Sequence record: SRR22947725_578
Length of the DNA: 37,644 bases
Direction: 5' to 3' (one strand)
Both the position numbers and the translations under genes were made by a program. Positions 17,778-27,897 of the stretch are shown piece by piece. Numbering within the stretch: position 1 is the stretch's first letter; each line of letters starts with the position of its first letter. The notes beneath the pieces were generated by a model, which had not been told where the DNA came from, did not search any database, and was given only the letters and a program-made list of their open reading frames with translations.

Positions 17778-19063
17778 TTATTTTTAAGTACTTCTCCAGC
17801 TAGATATAATGATCCGCAGATTAGAACGCGTGCATTAGGGTGTTCTTTGCCAATAGATTGTATTGCTGTCTCTAAACTATCTGCTGGTGATACACTAATA
17901 CCTATATCTTTTAATTTAGTGCTAAGAGTGTCTGCAGGTATTGCACTCTCTTCATTAGGTATTGTTATAGTTTTAATTTCCTTAATATCTTCAAACTGCT
18001 CAATGTAGCTCTTAGGATCTTTTGTATTGATCATTCCTAAAACAATAATTAAGTCCTTCTTATTTGTTAAATTTTGTAGTGTTTTATTGAGTTGAAAAGC
18101 TGCATCTGTATTGTGTGAACCATCTAAAAATAATTCATTATCAGCTGCCAACATATCTAAATATTTACCGCTCTTTATTTGTTGTACTCTACCAGGTAAA
18201 ACAAGATCAAGATGGCAGTTTTTTTTCAAAGCAGTATCTACGTTTGTAGCTTCAATTTGCATAACAGATGCTATAGCTAAACCTAAATTGTATAGTTGAA
18301 AATCGCCATGAATATTTAATAGTTCTAAAATTATTTCATTATTATTATCAGAATAACAAATTTTATTATTTTTTAATTCTATATTCCAATCTTGTTTATA
18401 GATAAATGTAGGCGCATTACGTTGGTTAGCTTGCTCAATTAAAACTTCTAAGGCTTCCTCAAATGGCTGTCGACCAATAATGACTGGAATACTTGGCTTT
18501 ATAATACCAGCTTTTTCGAATGCAATTTTTTCGATGGTGTCGCCTAGAAAGTCATGATGATCGTTAGAAATTGAAGATATAACTGATATTTTCGGCAACA
18601 TTACATTAGAACTATCAAGCCTACCACCTAGACCAACTTCGAGTAATGTGTAATCAGCTATAGTCCGAGCTGCAGCTAAAAAAAAGCATGCAGAGGTAAT
18701 TTCAAAAAAAGTTATAGGCTTGTCATTATTAATATTTTTAACTTCATTCAACAGTGATGATAAAGCTTCATTGCTAATAGTATTAGTTCCTAATTCAAAT
18801 CGTTCATTAAATTTAATTAAGTGTGGTGAGATGTATGCATTAGTCACCTTATCCATGGCTTGAAGAATAACTTGGATAAATTTTAATGTAGAGAATTTAC
18901 CGTTAGTACCAGCGATATGAATAATATTCTTAATTTTATCTTGAGGATTTTCGAGTTTAGCTAAGAGTGACTGAATTCGATCTAATGATAAATCAATTCG
19001 CTTTGGATGAAGCTTTAAAAGTTGATTGAGTTGCTCCTCAATCTGCAAGTCTGTAATATTCAA
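17774..19063 (-). CDS. folC: Folylpolyglutamate synthase/dihydrofolate synthase
   Basis: IAGTNGK, SPHL, TFFE, EVGLGGRLD, EKAGI and GSLYLAG motifs; TTG start. Confidence 0.95.
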   Translation of the reverse strand: MNITDLQIEEQLNQLLKLHPKRIDLSLDRIQSLLAKLENPQDKIKNIIHIAGTNGKFSTLKFIQVILQAMDKVTNAYISPHLIKFNERFELGTNTISNEALSSLLNEVKNINNDKPITFFEITSACFFLAAARTIADYTLLEVGLGGRLDSSNVMLPKISVISSISNDHHDFLGDTIEKIAFEKAGIIKPSIPVIIGRQPFEEALEVLIEQANQRNAPTFIYKQDWNIELKNNKICYSDNNNEIILELLNIHGDFQLYNLGLAIASVMQIEATNVDTALKKNCHLDLVLPGRVQQIKSGKYLDMLAADNELFLDGSHNTDAAFQLNKTLQNLTNKKDLIIVLGMINTKDPKSYIEQFEDIKEIKTITIPNEESAIPADTLSTKLKDIGISVSPADSLETAIQSIGKEHPNARVLICGSLYLAGEVLKNN

Positions 19064-19924
19064 TTAAGCTACTCGTTTTAATAATAAAGATAATAAGTTT
19101 ACTAGTTTATCTTTAAGGTCTTTTCGATGAATAATTTGATCAATAAAACCATGATCAAGTAAAAATTCAGAACGTTGAAAACCATCTGGTAAAGTCTCTC
19201 CAACAGTATTTGCAATTACTCGTGGGCCTGCAAAACAGATTAAAGCTTTTGGTTCAGCAATAGTTACATCACCCAGCATAGCAAATGAAGCAGTAACTCC
19301 ACCTGAAGTAGGGTCGGTAAGAATAACAATATATGGCAACTTAGCATCTTTTACCATTTGAACTGCTATAGTAGTCTTTGGTAAAGCTTGAAGGCTTAGC
19401 TGATTTTCTTGCATTCTAGCACCTCCACTTGAGGTGATCATAATGAAAGGAGTATTATAAGAAATGGCATGTTCAGCTGCCTTAACCATTGCTTCGGCAC
19501 CAGCGGAAGACAAGCTTCCACCCATAAATTTAAAGTTCATTGCAACAACAGTTGTTGAAATACCTTTCATCTTTCCATAACCAATAAGAAAAGCATCTTG
19601 CATTTCAGTTTTAGCCTGGGCTTCTTTAAATTTTTCTTTATAGGAATTTGTATCTTTAAAATTTAGAGGATCTAGCTGGACAGTTGGGTAAGGTATTTCC
19701 TCATAAATACCTTCATCAAATAGATTTTTCATTCTGGTTCTAGGATGAATATACAAATGCAAATCACAATTTGGGCACACATAATAATTTTTTTCCAAAT
19801 CATCAGAGTACAGCATAGTTTGACATTGAGAACATTTGACCCAAGAGTTATCAGCAACTTTTAAGCTTTTTTTACCACCTAAAATAGATTTTATTTTTGG
19901 TGCTAATTTTGTTATCCAATTCAT
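19064..19924 (-). CDS. accD: Acetyl-CoA carboxylase carboxyltransferase beta subunit
   Basis: Cys4 zinc finger, FMGGS, SGGARMQE and GGVTASFA motifs. Confidence 0.96.
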   Translation of the reverse strand: MNWITKLAPKIKSILGGKKSLKVADNSWVKCSQCQTMLYSDDLEKNYYVCPNCDLHLYIHPRTRMKNLFDEGIYEEIPYPTVQLDPLNFKDTNSYKEKFKEAQAKTEMQDAFLIGYGKMKGISTTVVAMNFKFMGGSLSSAGAEAMVKAAEHAISYNTPFIMITSSGGARMQENQLSLQALPKTTIAVQMVKDAKLPYIVILTDPTSGGVTASFAMLGDVTIAEPKALICFAGPRVIANTVGETLPDGFQRSEFLLDHGFIDQIIHRKDLKDKLVNLLSLLLKRVA

Positions 19925-20751
19925 GAGTTTAGATTCTCAATCAATTCAGAACAAAAGTCTTCTACAAATTTAGCAATATTTTTTTTATCAGTATCTTTTT
20001 TTGAAACTTCTTGAATTTTTTCAACAATAGCTGAGCCAATAACCACACCATCAGCATTTGATTGAGAGAAGTTCTTTACATCTTCGACTGTCTTAATTCC
20101 AAATCCAGAGACTACAGGCAGATCTGTATATTTCTTAATTCTTAAAATTTGTGAATTAACTTTATCTATTTCTGCAGACTTAACACCAGTAATACCTGCA
20201 ACATTTACGCTATAAATAAAACCTTCTGCATCTTCTACTAATGTTTTAATTCTCGCATCAGAAGTTGTTGGAGTGATTAGTTTTATTAAAGCTATATTTT
20301 CATTTTTTAAAGCTTGTTTGAGCTGAGCTTCTTCTACAACATCAGCTGGTAAGTCGACGCATATAACAGCATCTATAATACCACTAACTTCTTTAGCAAA
20401 TTTTTCTATACCATATATAAAAATATTATTTAGATAGCCCATCATGACCAAGCCAATCTCTTGATTATATGCCCTCATTTCTTTTGCAATGCCAATAACC
20501 TTATCAAAATTAATTCCATTTTTGATGCTCTCAATATTTGCTAGTTGAATAATTGGACCATCAGCCTGTGCTTCAGCATGTGGAAAAGATATCTCATGAA
20601 TGTGCGCACCTGAATCTGCTATCGATTTCATTATCTCGAGACTAGTATCCTCATTTGGAAAACCAGCTGTAGTAAAACTTATGAAAGCTTTTTTATTTTC
20701 TAATTTTAAGTTTTTAAAAATGTTACTTATTCTATTTTCCAAGTTTATCAC
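19921..20751 (-). CDS. trpA: Tryptophan synthase alpha chain (divergent); start is GTG 20751 or TTG 20742
   Basis: E...ADGPIIQ, GITG, GFGI and ADGVVIGSAIV motifs; lies between trpB and accD. Confidence 0.9.
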   Translation of the reverse strand: MINLENRISNIFKNLKLENKKAFISFTTAGFPNEDTSLEIMKSIADSGAHIHEISFPHAEAQADGPIIQLANIESIKNGINFDKVIGIAKEMRAYNQEIGLVMMGYLNNIFIYGIEKFAKEVSGIIDAVICVDLPADVVEEAQLKQALKNENIALIKLITPTTSDARIKTLVEDAEGFIYSVNVAGITGVKSAEIDKVNSQILRIKKYTDLPVVSGFGIKTVEDVKNFSQSNADGVVIGSAIVEKIQEVSKKDTDKKNIAKFVEDFCSELIENLNS

Positions 20752-21943
20752 CTAACATTCTTTCAGCAGTATCAATATCCTTATCACCTCGACCACATAT
20801 ATTAATTACAACAATCTTATCTTTACTCATATCTTTAGCTAACTTTATTGCCTGTGCTATGGCAAAACTTGGCTCAAATGCTGGCAAAATGCCTTCTGAT
20901 TTACAAAGTAGCTGAAAGGCATCAAAGGCCTCTTCATCAGTTGCATAAGTGTAATTTACCCTGCCTATACTTTTAAGATATGAATGCTCTGGTCCACATG
21001 AATAAAAGTTAATGCCTGAAGCTAAGCTTTTAGTATCTAACGTTGCAGAACCATCATCTGATTGAAGCATAAAGGATTTAAAGCCTTGCATGATTCCTAC
21101 TGAGCCATTGGTTAGTGCAGAACTATGCTCTGCTTCTACACCATATAAAGCAACTTCATGATCATCTAAAAATTCGTGAATTGATCCAATTAAATTAGAA
21201 CCACCTCCAATGCACGCAACTATTGCATCAGGCAGTCTATTTTCTTTTTCTAAAATTTGTTTTTTAATCTCTTTTCCAATTATTGATTGTGCAAACTGTA
21301 CAATTTTTGGAAAAGGGTGAGGTCCAATAGCAGAACCACAACAATAAAATGCCTCTGGATCACTCGACCATGCCTTAAGTACAGACGTGCAGGCATCTTT
21401 GAGAACCCCTTTTTCTCCTGTACCATCGACACACTCAACAACTTCAGCACCAAATAATTTTGCCTTTAAAACATTGGTTGATTGCAGAAATATATCATCT
21501 TTACCCATATATCCAATTACAGGTAAATTAAATCTTGCTCCACAAGCAGCTGTGGCAATAAGGTGGGCGCCTGCACCTGTTTCACAGTATATTTTTGTTT
21601 TACCCATATACTTTGCTAAAAGTATTTGGAATAGTGAGTTATTTATTTTATGTGCACCTAAATGATTTAAATGGTCAGATTTTAAGTAAATTTTTGCACC
21701 ACCAATTTTCTTAGTTAATTGTTCGGCATAATAAAGTGGATTTGGTCGACCAACATACTCTTTAAGATAGTATTCAAATTCATCAATAAATTTTTTATCA
21801 TTAATTGCTGCATCAAAAGCTTCTTCTAGCTCTATTAGATTCGGCATTAATATTTCAGGAGCATATCTTCCACCAAAATCACCATAGTAACCCTTTTCGT
21901 TTGGCCCACTTCTTAATGAATTTTTTATTTCTTCAGTAGTCAT
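20732..21943 (-). CDS. trpB: Tryptophan synthase beta chain (TrpB1 type, divergent active site)
   Basis: FGGRY, GAHKINN (PLP Lys), ETGAG, GPHP, GGGSN, GPEH and GRGDKD motifs. Confidence 0.9.
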   Translation of the reverse strand: MTTEEIKNSLRSGPNEKGYYGDFGGRYAPEILMPNLIELEEAFDAAINDKKFIDEFEYYLKEYVGRPNPLYYAEQLTKKIGGAKIYLKSDHLNHLGAHKINNSLFQILLAKYMGKTKIYCETGAGAHLIATAACGARFNLPVIGYMGKDDIFLQSTNVLKAKLFGAEVVECVDGTGEKGVLKDACTSVLKAWSSDPEAFYCCGSAIGPHPFPKIVQFAQSIIGKEIKKQILEKENRLPDAIVACIGGGSNLIGSIHEFLDDHEVALYGVEAEHSSALTNGSVGIMQGFKSFMLQSDDGSATLDTKSLASGINFYSCGPEHSYLKSIGRVNYTYATDEEAFDAFQLLCKSEGILPAFEPSFAIAQAIKLAKDMSKDKIVVINICGRGDKDIDTAERMLGDKLGK

Positions 21944-22578
21944 TTAGTCTTAACCTTGTTGATAAAATCACTTATTTTGACTTTATCTTTTACTCCAGGA
22001 CTGCTTTCAACGCTAGAGGATACGTCAAAAAATGATGTAATATTGTTTTTTAGGGCTATTTCAAGGTTGTCTATATTTAACCCACCAGATAAAAAGAATT
22101 CTTTTTTAAGGTTTTGACCACCTAATAGGCTCCAATCAAATTTTTTTGCATTACCACCCGGCATTTCTGTCTCTTCAGGTTTTGCATCAAGCAAGAAATA
22201 ATCGCACAAATCGCTATAATCATTAACATTATTAAAATCAGCTTGAGTAGAAATACCAAAAGCCTTTATAATTTTTAATTGTGTATTTTTTTTGATTGCA
22301 CCTAAGTAACTAAGATCTTCAGATCCATGAAGCTGAATATAATTAAATCCAGAATCTTCTATTTCCTTAATATCATTGATATTTGCATTCACAGTCACAG
22401 CAACCGTGTCGATTGGTTTAGATAATTTAGAGATAATATCTTTACTGTCATGTAAGGATATGTTTCTAGGAGAGTGTTCATATGAGACAAAACCAAGATA
22501 ATCAGCGTCATTATCTATACAAAAATTAGCGATAGATAAATCTGTAATTCCACAGATTTTAATTTTATTAGGTTTCAT
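21940..22578 (-). CDS. trpF: Phosphoribosylanthranilate isomerase
   Basis: KICGIT, SPRN, QLHGSE, GG..FDW, LSGGL, DVSS.VE and PGVKD motifs. Confidence 0.94.
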   Translation of the reverse strand: MKPNKIKICGITDLSIANFCIDNDADYLGFVSYEHSPRNISLHDSKDIISKLSKPIDTVAVTVNANINDIKEIEDSGFNYIQLHGSEDLSYLGAIKKNTQLKIIKAFGISTQADFNNVNDYSDLCDYFLLDAKPEETEMPGGNAKKFDWSLLGGQNLKKEFFLSGGLNIDNLEIALKNNITSFFDVSSSVESSPGVKDKVKISDFINKVKTK

Positions 22579-23267
22579 TATAGTGATTGAAATATTTTTT
22601 GTGCTGCTTTAGCTGGATCTAAGGCTTTAGTGATTGGTCTGCCTATAACTAAAATGTCTGCGCCAGCTTCAACTGCCTCTTTAGCACTCATAGTTCTTTT
22701 TTGATCATTAGAATTATCTTCGTTATTTCTTATGCCTGGAACAATCAACTTTAAACTATCATTAATTTCTGATCTTATTATTTTAATTTCGTGTGGAGAA
22801 CAGACAATTCCGTCTAATTTATTTGCTACAGCTAATCTTGCAAGTTTAATGACTTGATCACTTAGTGAGCTATTTAACCCAACTTCCTTTATTCCATTTT
22901 CATCAAAACTTGTTAAAACAGTTACGCCGATTAATTTTGTTTTGCTTTTATTTGAGTCTCTAATATCAACACAATCTCTAAGCATTTCTGATCCACCGGA
23001 AATATGTAGAGTGGTTAATTCTGGTTCGGATGCTAGTATTCCCTGAAGTGCAGATTTAGTTGTATTAGGAATATCAAATAATTTAAGGTCTATAAACATG
23101 GGTAAACCCAGTTCTTTGATTTTGTTTACTCCCTCAATTCCACAGTGAGTATAAAATTCAAGTCCAAGTTTTATACCTCCAATAAAAGGTCTAATTTTTT
23201 CAATCAAAGCAATTGCTTGCTGGGTATCACTTGTATCTATAGCGCAGTAGATTGGATTATTGGTCAA
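22578..23267 (-). CDS. pyrF: Orotidine-5'-phosphate decarboxylase
   Basis: KLGLE, DLKLFDIPNT, VTVLTS, PGIR, DQKR and VIGRPIT motifs; TTG start. Confidence 0.95.
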   Translation of the reverse strand: MTNNPIYCAIDTSDTQQAIALIEKIRPFIGGIKLGLEFYTHCGIEGVNKIKELGLPMFIDLKLFDIPNTTKSALQGILASEPELTTLHISGGSEMLRDCVDIRDSNKSKTKLIGVTVLTSFDENGIKEVGLNSSLSDQVIKLARLAVANKLDGIVCSPHEIKIIRSEINDSLKLIVPGIRNNEDNSNDQKRTMSAKEAVEAGADILVIGRPITKALDPAKAAQKIFQSL

Positions 23268-23281
23268 TTTTTTTGTTTTTT

Positions 23282-23620
23282 TTAAAGCTCTGAATCCATG
23301 TCAGTATTTGAGGATAAAGAATTATCAATTTTATTTGCAGAATTAAGCTTAATTCTGAGTTCTTTTCCAGATTTAAATCTAGGAATATGTTTTTCAGAAA
23401 CTTTTACCGCATCGCCTGTTCTTGGATTTCTTCCAACTCTTTCTTTCCTTTTTTGAACTGAGAATGCACCAAAACCTCTGAGCTCGACTCTTCTGCCGTC
23501 AGCTAAAGATTTAGTAATTTCAGAAAAAATTGTATTAATAATTCTCTCTACATCTTTGATGTATAGGTGTGGATTTTGATCTGTTATATTTTGAATTAAC
23601 TGACTTTTAATTAAGCTCAT
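23282..23620 (-). CDS. ihfB: Integration host factor beta subunit
   Basis: [23 protein letters not shown] and FKSGKELR motifs; downstream of rpsA. Confidence 0.95.
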   Translation of the reverse strand: MSLIKSQLIQNITDQNPHLYIKDVERIINTIFSEITKSLADGRRVELRGFGAFSVQKRKERVGRNPRTGDAVKVSEKHIPRFKSGKELRIKLNSANKIDNSLSSNTDMDSEL

Positions 23621-23626
23621 GGTTTA

Positions 23627-23654
23627 ATTATAGAGCTAACTAATCTTTTGTAAA
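23627..23654 (-). promoter_or_regulatory. Sigma70-type promoter, likely producing a leaderless ihfB transcript
   Basis: Minus strand TTTACA-N16-TATAAT, then 6 nt to the ATG at 23620. Confidence 0.55.
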
Positions 23655-23673
23655 CTATTGATTAAGATGAGTA

Positions 23674-25383
23674 TTATTCTTCAGATTCAGTTTTTTTATC
23701 ACTTATAGCTTTACCAAGAATATCTCCTAGAGATGCCCCAGAATCCTTAGCCCCATATTTACTGATCGCTTCTTTTTCTGTTGCTTCCTCAAGGGCCTTG
23801 ATTGACAATGAAACCTTGAAATTTTGAACATCAATCTGTGATATCATTGCATCTAATTTGTCATTTCGTGCCCATCTTTCTGGTCTAGCATCAGGCTTTC
23901 TAAGAGCAAGGTCATTCTTTTTAATAACAACTTTAGGACCATTTACACCAACCATGACTTTAACACCATAGTCAGTAACTTCAGAAACTGTACATGTAAC
24001 AGTATCACCTACTGATTTATCTTTTATTTCATCAAATGGGTTTCCATCTACTTCTCTTATAGACAATGCAATCTTATCATTTTTATTTTCAATGATTTTA
24101 GCTTTTATTTTATCACCTACATTGAATTTTTGCATTTGATCTTTTGAATCTTCATGCGAATCCCATGATATGTTCTGACTGAAAATAGCTCCATCAATAT
24201 CCTCTTCAAGACTACAGAATATAATATTATCTTTAATAGCTTTAATTTCTGTATCTACGATAGTACCAATTGGATTAAGCTCATTATATTTTTCAAATGG
24301 ATTAGCTGTTAACTGTTTAACACCAAGACTTAATCTTTTCTTAACGTAATCAACTTCTAGAACAATACATTCTACTGATTGAGATCTGGCGTATAAGTTA
24401 CCAGGCTGAGAATTTTTCTTAGATGACCAAGTCAGCATATCTCGGTGAGCCAATCCTTCAATTCCATTGTCTACTTCGATAAAAATTCCGTAGTCGGTAA
24501 CATTAGTGCATGTACCTTGTAATTTATCACCAATATTAAATTTGCCTTCTATCTTAGTCCAAGGATCTTCTTCGAGTTGTTTTAATCCGCATGATACACG
24601 GTTTTTTTCAGGGTCAACTTTAATAATTTTTACTTTTACAATTTGATCGATCTTCAGAATTTCTGATGGATGTCCTATTCTACGATATGTAATGTCCGAA
24701 CTATGTAATAATGAATCGTAACCACCAAGGTCTACAAACGCACCGTAATCAGTAATAGCTTTAACTCTACCTTCAACTACATCACCTAAAGCTAATTGAG
24801 AAAATCTTTCTTCTCTTAGTTCTTTATGAGTTTCCTCTAATACGGCCCTACGACTCACAACGATATTATTACGCTTCGCATCCATTTTAAGCACTTTAAA
24901 TTTTTGTGGAACATCCAAGAGATGACTTACATCTCTTAATGGTCGTGTGTCTATTTGACTTCCAGGAAGGAAGGCTGTAATTCCAATTTCCGCTGAAAGA
25001 CCACCTTTAACCTTACCAGTGATGACACCATCAACAAGTTCTCCGGCATTAAATGATTTTTCTATTTCTGCCCAAATTTCCTTATTTTTTGCCTTTGATC
25101 TACTTAAAATACAATCACCATAATGGTTCTCAATTTTTTCTAAATAAACATCAATTATATCACCAATCTCTAGTTCTTTTTTATCTTTTGAAAAAATGAA
25201 TTCTCTTTTAGCTATTCTACCTTCAACTTTGGCACCAATGTCTACAGTTACAGCATCGTCATCTAAGTCAGATATAGTACCTTTTATTATTGTACCTTCT
25301 TTTAATTCGGAATTGAGTTGAGATTCGGCTAATAGCTTCTCAAATTCGTTAGAAGCTTGTTCAGGGTTTGTTAATTCGTTCAT
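23674..25383 (-). CDS. rpsA: 30S ribosomal protein S1
   Basis: Six S1 repeats (AFLPGSQID, YGAFVDLGG) and C-terminal GASLGDIL. Confidence 0.97.
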   Translation of the reverse strand: MNELTNPEQASNEFEKLLAESQLNSELKEGTIIKGTISDLDDDAVTVDIGAKVEGRIAKREFIFSKDKKELEIGDIIDVYLEKIENHYGDCILSRSKAKNKEIWAEIEKSFNAGELVDGVITGKVKGGLSAEIGITAFLPGSQIDTRPLRDVSHLLDVPQKFKVLKMDAKRNNIVVSRRAVLEETHKELREERFSQLALGDVVEGRVKAITDYGAFVDLGGYDSLLHSSDITYRRIGHPSEILKIDQIVKVKIIKVDPEKNRVSCGLKQLEEDPWTKIEGKFNIGDKLQGTCTNVTDYGIFIEVDNGIEGLAHRDMLTWSSKKNSQPGNLYARSQSVECIVLEVDYVKKRLSLGVKQLTANPFEKYNELNPIGTIVDTEIKAIKDNIIFCSLEEDIDGAIFSQNISWDSHEDSKDQMQKFNVGDKIKAKIIENKNDKIALSIREVDGNPFDEIKDKSVGDTVTCTVSEVTDYGVKVMVGVNGPKVVIKKNDLALRKPDARPERWARNDKLDAMISQIDVQNFKVSLSIKALEEATEKEAISKYGAKDSGASLGDILGKAISDKKTESEE

Positions 25384-25394
25384 TTATTGTTGTT

Positions 25395-26030
25395 TTAATT
25401 TTTTTTAATTATCTTCAATATTTTATTGAAGCACTGTTCTATATCTAAATTTGAGTTATCAATCAAGTAAGAATCTTCAGCAGGTTGTAATGGAGCTGCT
25501 TTTCTAGTCATATCTCTCATATCTCGAATCTCGATTTCTTTTAAAATTTCATCAAATTTGTTACTTTTTCTGACTTTTTTAACCTGTAAATACCTTCTTT
25601 GAGCTCTTATTTCTGCTCTTGCCCATAAAAATATTTTTATTTCTGCTTTTGGAAAAATCACTGTTCCCATGTCTCTTCCTTCTGCAATTAGCAGTTTGGA
25701 AGCACAGCTATTTAATTTAGTAAAATTACGCTGTATTTTAACAGTTAATTTTCTTAGTTCAGGGATACTAGAAATCTGTGATGAAATTAGATCTATACTC
25801 TTATTATATAATTTTTTGGAAGATTTTTTTATATAAATATAATTTTTAACATGAGTGATTACACTAGCCACATCCTCAGGATTAATATGATTTTCTTTTA
25901 TGTCATGAGCAATACTTCTATAGATTTCTCCGCTATTTAAAACTGGTGCATCCAAAGATTTACTGAGTAGTTTACAGATGGTACCTTTACCTACGCCCGC
26001 AGGTCCATCAATTGTAATTATTTTATGCAT
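25395..26030 (-). CDS. cmk: Cytidylate kinase
   Basis: IDGPAGVGKGT, SG.IYR, EGRDMGTVIFP and RDMRD motifs; aroA-cmk-rpsA synteny. Confidence 0.93.
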   Translation of the reverse strand: MHKIITIDGPAGVGKGTICKLLSKSLDAPVLNSGEIYRSIAHDIKENHINPEDVASVITHVKNYIYIKKSSKKLYNKSIDLISSQISSIPELRKLTVKIQRNFTKLNSCASKLLIAEGRDMGTVIFPKAEIKIFLWARAEIRAQRRYLQVKKVRKSNKFDEILKEIEIRDMRDMTRKAAPLQPAEDSYLIDNSNLDIEQCFNKILKIIKKN

Positions 26031-27327
26031 TCAATAATATACTTTTTAAATCTTGATTGAATTTAGGATAACTTATGTCAATACATTTTAGATTATTAAT
26101 TTTTAGAGGTTTTTTACAAATTAAGTTCAATATAGAAAATGACATTGCAATCCTATGGTCATGAAAGCTGTTAATCTTATTGCCACCATTAATCTCATTA
26201 GTTGATCCATTTATTATTAAATCATCTTTCATAATATTTGTATCAATACCAGAATTTAATAGATTTTCATGTATGCTTCTTAATCTATCACTTTCTTTAA
26301 ACCTTAATTCAGCAAGACCTTTCATGATAGTAGTACCCTTTGCTTGTGAGGCAGCTATAGCTAAAATTGGATATTCATCAATAAGATAAGGAGCTAGCTT
26401 TTTTGGAATAACAATTGATTTTAACTTACTATATCTAACCTTAATATTGCCAACTATCTCGCCTGACATTTTACCAGTTTTTTTAATTTGAATTTTACCA
26501 CCCATTTTTTTTAGAATATTGATATAAGCAACTCTAGTTTTATTGAGACATACATTTTTTATTTCAATGTTTGAGCCAGGTATAATAAGAGCACCTACAG
26601 TAAAAAATGCTGCTGATGAGGGATCAGAGGCAACGTAAATATCTTTAGCCTTAATTTCAGCTGGCCCCATGATCTTTAACTTAGTTTTTCCATTTCTGTA
26701 TTTTTCTGATTTGAAATTTATTTTTAAATATTTAAATAAAATTTCTGTATGATCTCGAGTTGATTGGTTTTCAACAATTGTTGTTTGACCTGAAATATTC
26801 AAAGCAGCTAGCATTATACTCGATTTAATCTGTGCAGATGGCTTAGTAATAATATGTTTTATTGGCAAAGAATTTAAATTGCCCTCAATAGATAATGGTA
26901 AGTAATTACCTTTAGTTAAAGTTGTTTTAGCTCCAATATTTTTTAAAAATTCAGTTACTCTTAGCATAGGTCGGCCACTTAATGAGCGGTCTCCCGTAAA
27001 AGAACATAAAATTGGGTTTGTTGCTACAGCGCCAAACATTAGACGTGAAGTTGTTCCAGAATTACCAGCATCTAAAACCTGATTAGGCTGCTTAAAACCG
27101 CCTGTACCAACACCATTTACAGTCCAGCTATCTTTTTTCTTTTTAATCTTAACACCTAGTTTTCTCAAAATACTTACGGTGCTAAGTATATCTTGTGACT
27201 CAAGTAAATTATAAATCTTAGTCTCTCCAATAGACATTGCTCCCATTATAACCGATCGATGAGATATCGATTTATCACCACTTATGTTAAGTGATCCTTT
27301 TAATTTATATTTTGCTTGTATTGTCAA
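26023..27327 (-). CDS. aroA: 3-phosphoshikimate 1-carboxyvinyltransferase (class II EPSP synthase)
   Basis: GDKSISHR, GNSGTT, SAQIKS, RDHTE, DPSSAAF, ELRFKESDR and DHRIAMS motifs. Confidence 0.96.
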   Translation of the reverse strand: MTIQAKYKLKGSLNISGDKSISHRSVIMGAMSIGETKIYNLLESQDILSTVSILRKLGVKIKKKKDSWTVNGVGTGGFKQPNQVLDAGNSGTTSRLMFGAVATNPILCSFTGDRSLSGRPMLRVTEFLKNIGAKTTLTKGNYLPLSIEGNLNSLPIKHIITKPSAQIKSSIMLAALNISGQTTIVENQSTRDHTEILFKYLKINFKSEKYRNGKTKLKIMGPAEIKAKDIYVASDPSSAAFFTVGALIIPGSNIEIKNVCLNKTRVAYINILKKMGGKIQIKKTGKMSGEIVGNIKVRYSKLKSIVIPKKLAPYLIDEYPILAIAASQAKGTTIMKGLAELRFKESDRLRSIHENLLNSGIDTNIMKDDLIINGSTNEINGGNKINSFHDHRIAMSFSILNLICKKPLKINNLKCIDISYPKFNQDLKSILLNA

Positions 27328-27427
27328 ATTTAGAACTTAAAATATTGAGTATTAATAATATTCACATTATACAATATATATTAAAGATCTATTATTTAAC
27401 AAAAAAATTTGGAGTAAAAAAAATCAT

Positions 27428-27808
27428 ATGCCTAAACCAGAATGGGGTAAAAAAATTGTTTGTCCGGAGTGTAGCTCTAAATTCTACGATTTAAATAAAA
27501 AATATCCCGTTGAATGTACTGGATGTGGTGTATTTATAGCCTTAAATGAAATGTTGCAATATGGATCTGACGCAAAAAAAGTTCATGAAGATAATCTTGA
27601 TGCAGAAGAAGTAGGCAATTTAGTTGGTGATGATGCAACTGAATCAATGACAGATGTAGACATATTAGATGATGAAACAGAAAATATAAGTGATGATGAA
27701 ACTATCAGCCTAAATGATGCCGATGATGATTTAGGTGTTATTGATAATGAGGATGATGATTTAAATATTGAAGATTCTGTATCGGTTCCAATAGACGAAG
27801 ACGAATAG
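27428..27808 (+). CDS. FYDLN-acid (TIGR02300-like) zinc-ribbon protein
   Basis: MPKPEWG.K..CPEC..KFYDLN....C..CG followed by a very acidic tail. Confidence 0.9.
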   Translation: MPKPEWGKKIVCPECSSKFYDLNKKYPVECTGCGVFIALNEMLQYGSDAKKVHEDNLDAEEVGNLVGDDATESMTDVDILDDETENISDDETISLNDADDDLGVIDNEDDDLNIEDSVSVPIDEDE

Positions 27809-27816
27809 TTTTATTA

Positions 27817-27892
27817 GGGGCTATAGCTCAGCTGGGAGAGCGCATCGCTGGCAGTGATGAGGTCATCGGTTCGATCCCGATTAGCTCCACCA
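27817..27892 (+). tRNA. tRNA-Ala (GGC)
   Basis: Acceptor stem GGGGCTA/TAGCTCC with G3:U70, anticodon loop CTGGCAG, TTCGATC T-loop and encoded CCA. Confidence 0.97.
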
Positions 27893-27897
27893 AAGAG

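Noticed and set aside
27590-27808. GAT/GAA-rich low-complexity repeats
   Set aside because: They encode the normal acidic tail of the FYDLN-acid family.
27817-27897. tRNA-Ala as an integration site for a genomic island
   Set aside because: No integrase, no duplicated tRNA 3' end seen, and core genes lie on both sides.
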